A stretch of DNA of 63,549 nucleotides, counting the filler, from Octopus bimaculoides (lineage: Eukaryota): NCBI RefSeq assembly GCF_001194135.2. It is 4 parts of 4 records of this genome, joined end to end, with 100 filler letters (N's around TTAATTAATTAA, not from the genome) between each part and the next. Parts side by side here need not be neighbours in the genome. Positions count along the whole stretch, not along the records: positions 41,460 to 63,549 come from NC_068983.1; 3 more parts are not named here. One strand, 5' to 3'. The position numbers were made by a program, and so were the translations under genes. Positions within the stretch are counted from its first letter, which is position 1, and the number at the start of each line of letters is the position of its first letter. The notes under the pieces are model-generated. The model had not been told where the DNA came from, searched no databases, and worked only from the letters and a program-made list of their open reading frames with translations. This document shows, piece after piece, positions 51,835-63,549 of the stretch.

Positions 51835-53478
51835 TGTTGTAATCCAATGTCGGACTGTTATAATGTCCACTCTGGTATAGTAAAATAGTTAGTTAGACAA
51901 GTAGGATACGACTATCTATGACCGACTACCCTGACATACTTGTTTCACTTGTGAGCAATCTTTATGTTCAATTTTTTAATTTCTTTATTGCCCACAAGGG
52001 GCTAAACATAGAGGAGACAAACAAGGACAGACAAAGAGATTAAGTTGATTACATCGACCCCAATGCGTAACTGGTACTTATTTAATTGACCCTGAAAGGA
52101 TGAAAGGCAAAGTCGACCTCGGCGGAATTTGAACTCAGAGCGTAACGGTAGACAAAATACCGCTAAGCATTTCGCCTGGCGTGCTAACGTTTCTGCCAGT
52201 TCGCTGCCTTAACTTAATTTATGTTCAATTTTCTCTGTCGTGTCTTGAATTTACTATTCTTTCACACTCTTCTAACAAGTGTTAGGTTACAGCTTGGTTT
52301 TGTCCTAGTTTAGCGAAAATTCTTGTTCTTACTTCTGCGTCTTTTTCTACAGTTAGCCTCTGAGTAAATATTAGGTACTTGAACATATCTGACACTAAAT
52401 CAGCCTGTTTGAACTTTTCACATTCTCTGTTAACCCTACCAGCATACATGATGTAGTCCTCCTCATTGTTCTTTCCTAAGTTCAAACATTTCCAGCATGC
52501 ATTGAACAACGAGCTTTTCTTGCTAAAAATTTTACACAATATGTCTATTGTATTTCTAAAGTTTATGTCAGAAGGTTTTTTCAGGAGTATGTAATTGTTG
52601 TAATGCTCATGTTCTCTTGCTGCTAGTTTTCTTAGGATTTGATGTGTTTTCATATTGTCACCTCAATCTTTGCACTCTTTATTGAAGATGTGTTTGTATC
52701 TTCTATAGTATACCTTGAAGGTAACTCTTTCGTCTGGTTCATACTTAAATTCCATTATTGAGTTTACAACATAATCTGACAAAAACATCTTTTCAGCATT
52801 TTTTAATGACTTACTATTCATTAATTACAGCATTTGTTGTTGTAATAGTAAGTGTTGTTGTTGTTGTTGCTGTAATAGTAATTGTTGTTGTTCTTATTTC
52901 TTTATTGCCCACAAGGGGCTAAGCATAGAGGGGACAAACAAGGACAGACAAATAGATTAAGTTGATTATATCGACCCAGTGTGTAACTGGTACTTATTTA
53001 ATCGACCCCGAAAGGATGAAAGGCAAAGTCGACCTTGGTGGAGTTTGAACTCAGAATGTAGCGGCAGACGAAATACCGCTAAGCATTTCGCCCGGCGTGC
53101 TAACGTTTCTGCCAGCTCACCGCCTTTGTTGTTGTTCTTGCAGTTGTAATTGTTGTTGTTGCTGTTCCTGCTGTAGTTGTTCCTGCAGTTGTTGCTGTTT
53201 CTGTTGTTCCCACCGTTATTGTTGCTGTTTTTGCAACTCAAGCAAACCGGACAACAAATCTTCCATAATTTCATGCCTTTTGTATATCGTAAAATTTGCA
53301 CAAAAAACTTTTGTGAGTTTTGTAACTCCTTGTGAATTTGCTTAAATCTCGCGAGTTTGTTAATTTCTTGTCACCACTGTTGTAATCCAATGTCAGACTT
53401 ATATATTGTCTACTTTGGTATAGCAGTATAGTTAGTTAGACAAGTAAGACACAACTATCTTTGACCTACTACCCCGAC
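51835..53478 (-). mobile_element. Internally deleted Ty3/gypsy-type LTR element (gag remnant, ~100-bp LTRs)
   Basis: Direct repeats 51835-51935 and 53378-53478; TGGTGACAAG PBS-like site just inside the 5' LTR; ORF 52282-52653 resembles K02A2.6-like gag. Confidence 0.7.
51976..52217 (-). mobile_element. SINE family A copy with TSD
   Basis: 15-bp TSD tttatgttcaatttt. Family also at 52896-53125 (14-bp TSD ttgttgttgttctt), 10545-10740, 10790-10980, 11090-11300, 13170-13350, 18617-18800, 26700-26910, 30040-30630 (three), 32625-32830, 44420-44630, 58170-58340. Confidence 0.88.
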
Positions 53479-53515
53479 TGTTCAATGTCACAGTATTTTA
53501 ATGACTATCACATAC

Positions 53516-53568
53516 CACTCGTCATATGGCAGGGGTGTTCTGTTACTATTATCCTCATAACAGAAAGG
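53516..53568 (-). CDS. Candidate 53-nt exon of gene U1
   Basis: gacttcag acceptor, gtatgt donor; LSVMRIIVTEHPCHMTS in phase 2 to 1. Confidence 0.3.
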
Positions 53569-53863
53569 CTGAAGTCAGCAATCAAAAGTCATATATAGCT
53601 GATTGATTGATATTATGTTTACTCTTTGGAATCTATAAAATATTTCATGATTTTATCACATTTCTGGTTTTTCAAAATGGCTGTAAAATTACCATTCATA
53701 TTCTAATGTAAACCTGAGAATGCATTTATAGAGGTAGGATGACTATTTCAAATTTCAATAAATGTATGAATATAACAGTACAAATGAAATGAAAAATTAG
53801 AAATTGATTCAAATTAGAAAAACAAACATAGTATCCTCATTCCTTTTCCATTGTCATAATTAC

Positions 53864-53882
53864 TTTGCCCATTCTTGACATT
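53864..53882 (-). CDS. Candidate 19-nt micro-exon of gene U1
   Basis: tttctcag acceptor, gtaatt donor; (E)CQEWA(K/N), phase 1 to 2. Short enough to arise by chance. Confidence 0.3.
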
Positions 53883-54057
53883 CTGAGAAAACTCAGCATG
53901 GTGGGAGCAAGTGTAAAGGAAAGATATTTATAAAAATACAGACAAATAGCCAAAATATTTTGTTAAGTAATGAAAAACAAAGGTGAAGCTATGATGATCT
54001 TGATTAATTTTGCAATTAAGTCATTTTATCTACAAAAGGTAAAATATGACAATTTAC

Positions 54058-54247
54058 CTTGGTTATCAAATACTAAATCCAATGCTTGAAGATTTGTCAC
54101 CATGATCCAGCTGGGAGATTCCATGAAGTATTCAGCATCAGTAAAAAGGACATTAGTTTGACAAAACAACATTAACTGTTCTCTGTTGAACCGACTGTGA
54201 TAAATTCGAAGAGCCATTTCTGATCGAAACTCTTCAATATCAAAGAT
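54058..54247 (-). CDS. Exon of gene U1
   Basis: tttacttcacag acceptor, gtaaat donor, only one frame open, phase 0 to 1: IFDIEEFRSEMALRIYHSRFNREQLMLFCQTNVLFTDAEYFMESPSWIMVTNLQALDLVFDNQ. In phase with 59044-59205. Confidence 0.75.
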
Positions 54248-54900
54248 CTGTGAAGTAAATTGAAAGTAACTAACTTTAAATCGTTTTGCAAAATGTTGAT
54301 TTTTTAACTATACAGCTGTATAAAGAAGTGCCAGTCACTGAAAGTGGATGACACCTGTAGAAGCGGGAAACCCAAGAAAACATTGGATGAAGTGATGAGG
54401 ACTGATCTCAGGATGCTGGGGCTCACAGAAGAAATGGCACTGAACCAAGATGTCTGGTGATATGAGGTTCTAGGGAAGACCTACCTGTGTTAGCAAACCT
54501 GAGTTCTAGAAGTATTGTGTCCCACAATAACACTTTCACACACCTTACCCCAACACACCAAACTACATTCCCCTTCCCTTACCAAAGTGTTTCTCTTCTC
54601 TTCCTCACATTTCATCTTCATACACTATGATTATCTCCTACTCCCCAATCCAGTCCTTGCTACCCTGCTCACTGTATCATTGCTTCCCCCTCCCCTCTAT
54701 ATACCCAGATTCTCATCAGACACAGCATTCCCCACCCCAACTTCCCAACTCAGTTCTCACAGTATTGCTGCCCCCCCTTGTCCCCTTCCCCTCTATATAC
54801 TCAGATTCTTTCCAGTTACTGCATTCTCCCACTCCCAACTCATGACTCCTTGGTGATACCCTGCCAGCACCTGCCACAATTCATTTCCCTCTTCCTTACT

Positions 54901-55022
54901 CTACCATCCCATCTGTGCCCTGATCCCCATTCCTTGCAAGTATACCCTGGCACTTGCTACCATCCCATCTGTGCCCTGATTCCCATTCCTTGCAAGTATA
55001 CCCTGGCACTTGCTACCATCCC
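54901..55022. repeat. 56-bp tandem duplication
   Basis: ctaccatcccatctgtgccctgat...ggcacttg starts at 54901 and 54957, partial third copy at 55013. Confidence 0.9.
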
Positions 55023-55399
55023 TCTCCTGCTCTTGCTGTCTCTTACTCTCTCTTCCCCTTGCTCTGCCCGGGTAATCATGTATCTCTTCTACTGCAACAA
55101 TCTTTGTTTCTGCCCTCCTTCTTGATCACTCTCCTTCCTTCCCTTGCTCATTGTTATATTGCTGGACTTGTTTTGGATTGTTTGTCCCATGTAAGTTGGA
55201 ATTTCTCCTTTTCATTGCTTCATTGATTATTTACTGTTTTATTCAAATTGGCTTTCAATTCACACACACACACACACACACGTGTGTGTGTGCATAATTC
55301 TTTTATAAAATCTTTTGAACTTTTGAAATATTAGTTCAAATGACTGAAATATGCATTGTAGAACTTTTGAAAAATAGTTTTTCAAAAAAAGATTTTGGA

Positions 55400-56770
55400 A
55401 GGAAACAATTAATTATAAATGATGGCAGACCAACATCGAAACTATCTAATTTGTGAAGTTCCAACGAGAAATATATTAAAAAATTTCAGACTAATCTATA
55501 TGAAAAGAAAAAATGGTTATCTGGAAGTGCTAAACTAAATAAGTTATTCTGCTGGTCATGCTTGTTATTTAGTTTAGAAAAAACTGTTTGGAGTGATCAT
55601 GGTTATTATGATTTAGATAATCTACATTCGGCTATGCTAAAACATGAATGTTTTGAAAGACATATAAAATTTTTGATAGATCTTAAAACATTTGGGAATA
55701 TTTGCATAGACTTACAGTTACATGCATATAAAAAAAAAACAGGGCATACAACAACATAAGAGATTAAACAAAACTGATCCATTCTGTGGTATTAGATTGA
55801 TGCATTTATTTTCCTCGGTTGCCAGGAATTATCATTTTGGAGTCATTTTGAGTCCAAAAAATCTAATAATTATGGAAATTATAAAGAACTCTTATATTTA
55901 ATCAGTAAATATTATGGAAAATTGGCAAGCCATATTGATGCAGTTTCTAATTTCTCAGGTCACAATAAATTCTGCTTTAAATTCTTACATAATTTAAAAG
56001 CTCCCGATTTCTTATTTTCATTAGAAGTATTTAGTGACGTATTTTCTTTCATTGATGTCTTATCTAACATCTTTCAAACTAAAACTCATGACATACTATA
56101 TTGTAAAGAGCAAATAGATAAAACTAGAGCTGTGCTTGAAAATAAATTTGATGGTTTTTCAATATTTAATGATATGTTAGGAGGAAAATATGGAATCAAT
56201 GCAGCAATCAAAATTAAGAGATCTCGGAATAAATCTATTGATCCCCAACAGCATTCTCTATAACAAAATCATTGACACAATAGTTGACCAATTAAAAATG
56301 CGATACTCATCCTTAGAACTTTCCAATTTCAGCAAGTGACAAAAATTGCAAACAATTTCCAGTGGATTTAAATTCTTTAAAAACCATTTATGGTAGTTCT
56401 TTTTGACATAATATGTTTACAGAGTGAACTAAATGTTTTGTATTCTGTGCAAGATTTCAAAAAGCAAAGTGTGAGTAATTTAATGCATTACATTTACATT
56501 TGATCTAACTGAAGCTATGCCAGAACTCTTAAATCTTTGCAACCTTATTTTGACAATTCCGTCTACAACTGCCTCTGTAGAGTGGATCTTTTCTACATTG
56601 AAAAGAACTAAAACTTACCAAAGAAATACAATAGGAGAGAAAAGGCTTTCAGAGTTGGCTTTTATGTCAATTGAAAAATATTTACTTCAACAATTGAATA
56701 AAACAGATTTCTATGCTCTGAAAGATCGAAGAACTGAATTAATTGATGAGACATGTAAATAATAATTTTT
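55400..56770 (+). mobile_element. Decayed hAT transposase (TTF zinc finger to hAT dimerisation domain)
   Basis: KWLSGSAKLNKLFCWSCLLF at the N-terminus; LILTIPSTTASVEWIFSTLKRTKTYQRNTIGEKRLSELAFMSIEK at the C-terminus; many stops and frameshifts. Confidence 0.88.
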
Positions 56771-56889
56771 CTACATTTAAAAAAAAAATTTTAAATGCAT
56801 TGAAACAGAGCCCATCTTGGCCATGTTACGAAACTAATTTGGTTCTCTTAATTAAACAATTTCAAAAATGAATCAGCTCGACCAATAAG

Positions 56890-58140
56890 TACATGGGTGG
56901 GTTGAAGCATTCATAGGCTGACTATGAAGGAGTAATGCTAGAAATCTTGCATGCATTCATTTCAACTCTACATATTAATAACTGCATTGTTTCCTTTCAG
57001 GAAAACTGACATTTGACTGTTCAAAGAAGACTTCAAATGTAACTAGTAGCAACTTTTCTGGAAAATAGATAAAATTTAGCATCATGGTGTTATCATGTAC
57101 CTTCAGAAAAAGGCTTTAGTCCCCAAGGATGTTCATGCTGACATGGTTGCTACATTACGGGATAATGTTCCAGTTTTAAAGTGAGCAGCTTAATTTAGGA
57201 AGGGAAGAGAGAGTCTTGAAGATGATCCAATATCTGGTCATTCCACGACTGCCACAACTGCCACCACTGCAGAAAACATGCTCACCACATGTTGATGGAT
57301 GACAAGCAATTGTCTATAGATCAAATAGCCAAGGTTATTAGCATATCCTGTGAGAGAGCTGAGAATATTATGCACAATGAACTTGGCATGATGAAGGTTC
57401 ATGCTCGATGGGTGCCACGTCTTCTGACACCTGATCAAAAGTGCACCGGGTTGATCACATTAAGAGAATATCTGACATTGTTTCAGGCAGGTACAGCTAG
57501 TTGCCTTGACTGTTTCCTAAACTAGGATGTGTGTTGACTTCATCACTTTGAACAGAAAGAAAGAGGCAAGCCATGCTGTAGAAACATTCCTCTTTGTCTA
57601 CACCGAAGAAGGCAGGGTCGTTTCACCTGCAAGGAAGATGATGGCCTCAGTTTTTTTAGAATGAAAAAGGCATTGTGTTTATTGATTATCTTCAGAATGA
57701 TCACACCATCAATGGAGAGTTCTATGCCAGCTTGCTAAGGCAGTTATGAAAGGCTATCAAGACCAAATGTCCTGAAAATCTGATGAAAGGGGTCTTGTTT
57801 CATTAGGACAATGCTTCAGTACACAAGTCCTTGGTTTCAATGGCTGCTGTGCATGACTGGCTTTGAACTGGTTGATCACCCTCCCTATTTAGTGATTTGG
57901 TTCCATCTGACTATTGTCTATTTCCCAACATGATAAAACGCTTGGCTGGGCACAAGTATCACAGTGATGATGACTTTTTTTACTAACAGGATAGCTTCTT
58001 TACCAATGTGATCCAAGCTATGCAACACTTATGGAAGTGTGTGGACAGTAAGAGGAACTATGTTAAAAAATGAACTTCATTTGGTCCCATTCTATGGGCG
58101 TGTCTTGCTCAGCCTATGACCTTTACAGCCAACCCTCATA
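56890..58140 (+). mobile_element. Near full-length decayed mariner element
   Basis: WVPRLLT motif, DNA.VH and DLVPSDYCLFP motifs; imperfect TIRs (ttcataggctgac ... ctcagcctatgac); about 1.25 kb. Confidence 0.9.
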
Positions 58141-58706
58141 ATAATAAAAATTATTATTATATCTGCATTTAAGGTGGTGAGCTGGCAGAATGCTTAGCAA
58201 CATTTTGTCCTCCTCTGCGTTCTGAGTTCAAATTCCACTGAGGCCGACTTTGCCATTCATCCTTTAGGGGTCAATAAATTAAGTACCAGTAAAGTACCAC
58301 CACCAGGCAAATTTCAAGCCTTGTGCCTAAAGTAGAAAGGATTATACCTGCATTTCTTTTAATATTAATAATACAAAAAAATCCACTTTGTTGTAAAAAA
58401 TTTTGGACCTGAGTTTGCACCCACTAAGCAAATTTCATTCCTGGGCTACTGGTCATTTGTTATATGGCAGTATATATATATATCATCGTTTAACGTCTGC
58501 TTTCCATGCTAGCATGGGTTGGACGACTTGACTGAGGTCTGGTGAAACCGGATGGCAACACCAGGCTCCAATCTAAATTTGGCAGAGTTTCTACAGCTGG
58601 ATGCCCTTCCTAACGCCAACCACTCAGAGAGTGTAGTAGGTGCTTTTACGTGTCACCTGCACGAAAGCCAGTCAGGCGATACTGGCAACGATCTCGCTCG
58701 AAAATG

Positions 58707-58737
<31 letters not shown>

Positions 58738-59043
58738 GTTGTTAGTATATATATTAATAATACCATGTGTAATAGCATTGATGCAAAATGTGATAGTAAC
58801 TTGTTTTTTTTTTCCTTTAATAGATATTTTTTTTGTATATACTATGGTAATAAAAGGGATCATATTAATGGTATTTTGCTTGAGTTATTGGCTAGTAAGA
58901 AATTCTGGTATATTTCATAGTAATGTTGGGATATATTATGGCTGTATTGATCTGCTTTAAAGTTAGTGTATGGTAGTAATATGGCAGTAAAGGCGTTGTA
59001 TGGTGGTATTAATGTGCTATATGACAAAGTAGTTTAGTCTTAC

Positions 59044-59205
59044 TTTAGTTGGTTCTCTTTGGTTGAAAATAACCCCTTGCTGTTCAATAACTTCTTGCGA
59101 GAAGTATGGCTGTTTCATGTCCAAATAATCTTTAATAAACACAGGGAAATTGCTGTTGTTGATCAAAGAAATGCTGCCACTTTCACTTTGACTCAGAATA
59201 ACATG
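59044..59205 (-). CDS. Exon of an unidentified protein-coding gene (gene U1)
   Basis: ttttgtttttcag acceptor, gtaaga donor, 162 nt open, phase 0 to 0: HVILSQSESGSISLINNSNFPVFIKDYLDMKQPYFSQEVIEQQGVIFNQREPTK. Confidence 0.7.
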
Positions 59206-60580
59206 CTGAAAAACAAAATTCCAGATAAATATAAGAAAATACTACTTCTGTAATTGTATTAAATTTTTATTTCTAAATAGTATAGGGTTAGAATGGATGA
59301 GCTCTTTAGAATATACTACTTCCTTTTCATCTAAGGAAGCTGCTTGAAGAAATTGTAATTGTAAAAGAAGTAAAGAGTATTAAAATTCAATCAGAGAATT
59401 AGTAACTGATAATAAAACTGGAGGTAATGATGTTGACTACAACAACAACAATGATGACCACTAGATCTTTGCAGAATAAAAAAGAATGTAATAGAAAAAC
59501 ATTACAATATGTTTATCATATTCATATATCATATGCTCATCACTTGAACGTTCTATATATCTACAAGTCAGAATTAGTACACAAAAAATAACTTAAACCC
59601 TAGTATAGAGAAAACATCATTTAAGTTTTCATTCCAGATCCTACACAAAACTGAATTTATAATTTACATTAACAACAGTTACTTTAAACATACACTCAAA
59701 AAATACTAGAACTCATATTTGACCTTGAATTTCAGAATTCAAAATGTAATCACATGAACCATGTCAAAATTTTGGAACAATATTTAGTTACTTACGACGT
59801 TGAGGGTTCCAGTTGATCCGATCAACGGAACAGCATGCTTGTGAAATTAACGTGCAAGTGGCTGAGCACTCCCACAGACACGTGTACCCTTAACGTAGTT
59901 CTCGGGGATATTCAGCGTGACACAGTGTGACAAGGCTGACCCTTTGAATTACAGGCACAACAGAAACAGGAAGTAAGAATGAGAGAAAGTTGTGGTGAAA
60001 GGGTACAGCAGGGTTCGCCACCATCCCCTGCCGGAGCCACGTGGAGCTTTAGGTGTTTTCGCTCAATAAACACTCACAACACCCAGTCTGGGAATCGAAA
60101 CCACGATCCTATGACCGCNNNNNNNNNNNNNNNNNNNNNNNNNNNNNNNNNNNNNNNNNNNNNNNNNNNNNNNNNNNNNNNNNNNNNNNNNNNNNNNNNN
60201 NNNNNNNNNNNNNNNNNNNNNNNNNNNNNNNNNNNNNNNNNNNNNNNNNNNNNNNNNNNNNNNNNNNNNNNNNNNNNNNNNNNNNNNNNNNNNNNNNNNN
60301 NNNNNNNNNNNNNNNNNNNNNNNNNNNNNNNNNNNNNNNNNNNNNNNNNNNNNNNNNNNNNNNNNNNNNNNNNNNNNNNNNNNNNNNNNNNNNNNNNNNN
60401 NNNNNNNNNNNNNNNNNNNNNNNNNNNNNNNNNNNNNNNNNNNNNNNNNNNNNNNNNNNNNNNNNNNNNNNNNNNNNNNNNNNNNNNNNNNNNNNNNNNN
60501 NNNNNNNNNNNNNNNNNNNNNNNNNNNNNNNNNNNNNNNNNNNNNNNNNNNNNNNNNNNNNNNNNNNNNNNNNNNNNNNN

Positions 60581-61316
60581 TTGGCGTATGGAGTTGGGGA
60601 CAGCAGTTTGCCCAAGGAGTTGGTAGCAGTCGAGTTGGATGAAGTGAAGATGAACAGTGATAAGTCTGACAGAGAGTGAGCGCCTATAGTCAGCAGAAAT
60701 GCATAGAGTCTCAGAGAGAGAGGGACAGAGAGATGGGATTCTGGCAGCCAAAAGAGATAGCAGTAGTCAGTTGTTTACTTCTTGGACCGTACAATGTTTG
60801 TGAAAGAAAGGAAGTTATTACAGCAAAGGTTTGTCTAAATATTCTTCCAAGAAAATGTATTTGTCGTTACGATGTATAAAGAAAAAGAACTGTTAACTGT
60901 GATGTTAACTTAAAAGAGAAAGAAAAGAAAGAACTTTTACATGTGGTGTAACTGAAAAGAAAAGAAAGAAAAGAAAGAACTTTTAAAGGATTCGATGTAC
61001 GAATTCTTGTTTATGTAACGATTGCAGACCCTTGATTATGTTGCATGCGCCATTATATGCTATTGAATTGTGATGTAATGTTTTATTCTGATGTTTGATG
61101 TAAAAAGAAAGGGTTAGTTTCCGCTATCCAACGTATGGTCTCCGTGTTGTTTCTTCCTCCCCTCCTTTTGCCTGTGTTGTTCTTCGCTACGTGCTCCGGC
61201 CGGGGCTTATTGGTGGCCCGTGGCGAACATACTGACTCACTGAGCGTGAACGTTCGCGCGCGCGCGAGTTCTCTCTTCGTTAAGGAGGTGCTTCGCGTGC
61301 GGGCGTTCGTAACAAT
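60581..61316 (-). mobile_element. Putative solo LTR, CpG-rich
   Basis: Minus strand starts TGTTACG, contains AATAAA; high CpG against an AT-rich background; other end runs into an N gap. Confidence 0.3.
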
Positions 61317-62593
61317 ATAAATGGATTGGTTACTTGTTTTTCTGGAATTAGTCAAGTGATATAGACATCTCTGATGACCCCAATAAAGGTTGAAAATCAT
61401 TTAAGCCTGTTCATCATTTTTCAATCCATGGGGACTATGAAGTCATGGAAAGGACACAGCAGCTGTTCTGCCTGTATCTGCATACTGGAATTCACTCCCA
61501 CATCTTTGAACAGTGCCTTAGGTTCAGTTCAGACAACAATGTGAAGCTGGAGGAGACTGTGGCCAACCCCTCCCTGGAGAAGGTTACTACTGGAAGGTCA
61601 TATATATGGCAGAAGGGTTTGGCTCCTTGCCATTCCTCTGTGTATATGTATATATTATTATATTGTAGAACCAGTCTTATGTTGAAATGTTCCCATAAAT
61701 ATAGCAGAGCATTTGAATATTTCAATAGTAAATAACATTTTAATTATAATTGTTTTTCCTATAATCTAATAAGCATAATTTTTCTAATTTTTTGAGCATA
61801 TATCAATAGAAAAATAACTGAATGTCATGATATAGAATTTCCAAGTTTATTTTCTACTTTCTTGTTATCTACTGACATCATCATAAATTCAAATACTAAA
61901 CTGGTTTTTCCTAGCATATTATATTTCTTCCTGATATGCTTTTTGTATGCATTCATGTATTATAGACATTTCAGTTCACTTTGAACTTAACCTGTTTTGG
62001 GTTACCTTGATAACATTGTGTTAGCATAAATCTTCAGATATATTTGTTTGACTGATATTTTGTACCTTTTTTCTATATCTAAATGTGCTGGCACAATAGA
62101 AACATTTGTTGGTAATGTATGGTGTAATTATCAATTAAAAATGTGATTGTCTCCATTCTTGTTCATATTAACTTATATACATATTGGTTTATATATATAT
62201 AATTTATCTAAAGGACACAATACATGTCTTTAAGTGCTACTAATAGTTTCATATGTTGAGAAATATCTCAAGGATATTCTTCAGGCATTTTAGTTTTGTT
62301 GTTTTTGTTTTCCGTTTTTTACCGTCTGCGTTTTCTATATGCTTCTCAGTTTTTTCGTGTTTCTTTCTTATTGAATATTTTTAGTTTGTTATGATATGTA
62401 CCTGTTATGATATATGATATATGGTTTCATACAGAAACCCTTCTCATTCAGGCTCAGATTATTGAATGGAGGGGCACAAGAAGTTCAAGATGGCTGCTGG
62501 AAAATGGGCTGCCATTGGTCAAGGCAGGTCACATGGTGTTGTCAGTGTAAGATCACTGATTCAGCAGCAGCAGTTCCATCAGACAGGGGAAAT

Positions 62594-62817
62594 CCTTGGA
62601 CAGCATAGCTGGACAAGAAGCTGGTGGCATCTAAGTGTCTTGGGATTGGTAGAAGCAAAGTTGGTGTGTGAGTGAGTGTGTATATACCAGATGCATAACA
62701 CACCCACATCCACATCCATTCATGATCTGGTTAATATACACACTCACTGGCTTTGCTTCCTCCAGCCCCCAGACATTTAGACGCCACCAGCTTTCTGTCC
62801 AGCTATGCAGTCTAAGA
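62594..62817. repeat. Imperfect inverted repeat (~95-bp arms, ~32-nt spacer)
   Basis: gcatagctggacaagaagctggtggcatctaagtgtc versus gacatttagacgccaccagctttctgtccagctatgc. Confidence 0.9.
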
Positions 62818-63549
62818 AATTCTGCCATCTAATGGAACACCAAGGCCAAGCTAGTGACTAACATCATGCATTAGGTTAAGTGCTTGACCTAAGGTTGCTT
62901 GAGGGCATTTTGTCCAGAGAGTAAGAACTATTAATATTTTAGCAAACAAACGTGGGCTTCATGTCTGCACAGTCCCTCACCTTGTGCGGTCCCTGGTTCT
63001 TGAAACACTGGCCCATAAACGGTCACTCTTGTTCCACAGCAGTTTTTCTCTCCTCATTCTTTACTGATTGCTGCATAATGGTGTGGGTTTCTGCAACTGC
63101 CATCACCACTACATTCTGCCTGATGTTTTGTGTCAACATACAGACTTGAGTGATGAGCTCGTTCATCATCATTTTCTTGCTGCCTGATAGTTGTGGTAGT
63201 TGCACTGATATGTTGCAAGGGAAGCCTGTGCCACCTTTTCATACCTCTCTCCAATAAAACCAGATAGCATGGCCAATCTCTGAACCTCTGTTGCATACAC
63301 ATCTACCTGTTCTCCTGACTGAACCCAGATTAGTGAATGCAGCATATGATCCTTCTATAAAGGATTCCTTTAGGTACTGCTCAATCTTCGCCATGTCTAG
63401 TTGGTCTGCCTAATCCATCTCAGAGTACAGCGCCAACGTGTTTCCCTCCAGACACATCATACTAATACATCCTTTTGTTATTTACACCACCTGTCCTCGT
63501 CTGTTGTTGTTTTTTCGTATATTCTCCCATATATATATATATATATATA

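Noticed and set aside
55260-55293. (CA)n(TG)n palindrome next to the hAT relic
   Set aside because: Simple microsatellite inversion; no matching TIR at the other end.
61440-61620. 96-aa ORF 61445-61735 as a host gene (also ORFs at 62950-63300)
   Set aside because: No splice signals; antisense frames look like decayed LINE coding sequence with stops, though family is unassigned.

Overview
AT-rich, microsatellite- and SINE-saturated eukaryotic DNA; the repeat families look like those of Octopus (inference from recalled repeat sequences). Three 100-bp artificial joins (44 N + TTAATTAATTAA + 44 N at 7847-7946, 16740-16839, 41360-41459) split the window into four independently assembled blocks. 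The only recognisable gene is GMP synthase: six phase-compatible internal exons on the minus strand (16324 to 9675), confined to one block, with 5' and 3' exons not seen. Its ATPPase lid loop is unusually divergent (PDFIDS...MKGHHN versus canonical PDLIES...IKTHHN). An unidentified multi-exon minus-strand gene is likely at about 47.8-59.2 kb. Competing exon models on both strands lie at 29.7-36.7 kb. The rest is decayed transposons: RTE, CR1-like, L1/Tx1 and R4/Dong-like LINEs, Penelope-like elements, Ty3/gypsy remnants, hAT and mariner transposase relics, TIR MITEs with target-site duplications, four SINE families and simple repeats. No CRISPR, rRNA or intact tRNA gene is supported. Exon coordinates were read by hand from splice signals; transposon boundaries are approximate unless a TSD or TIR is quoted.
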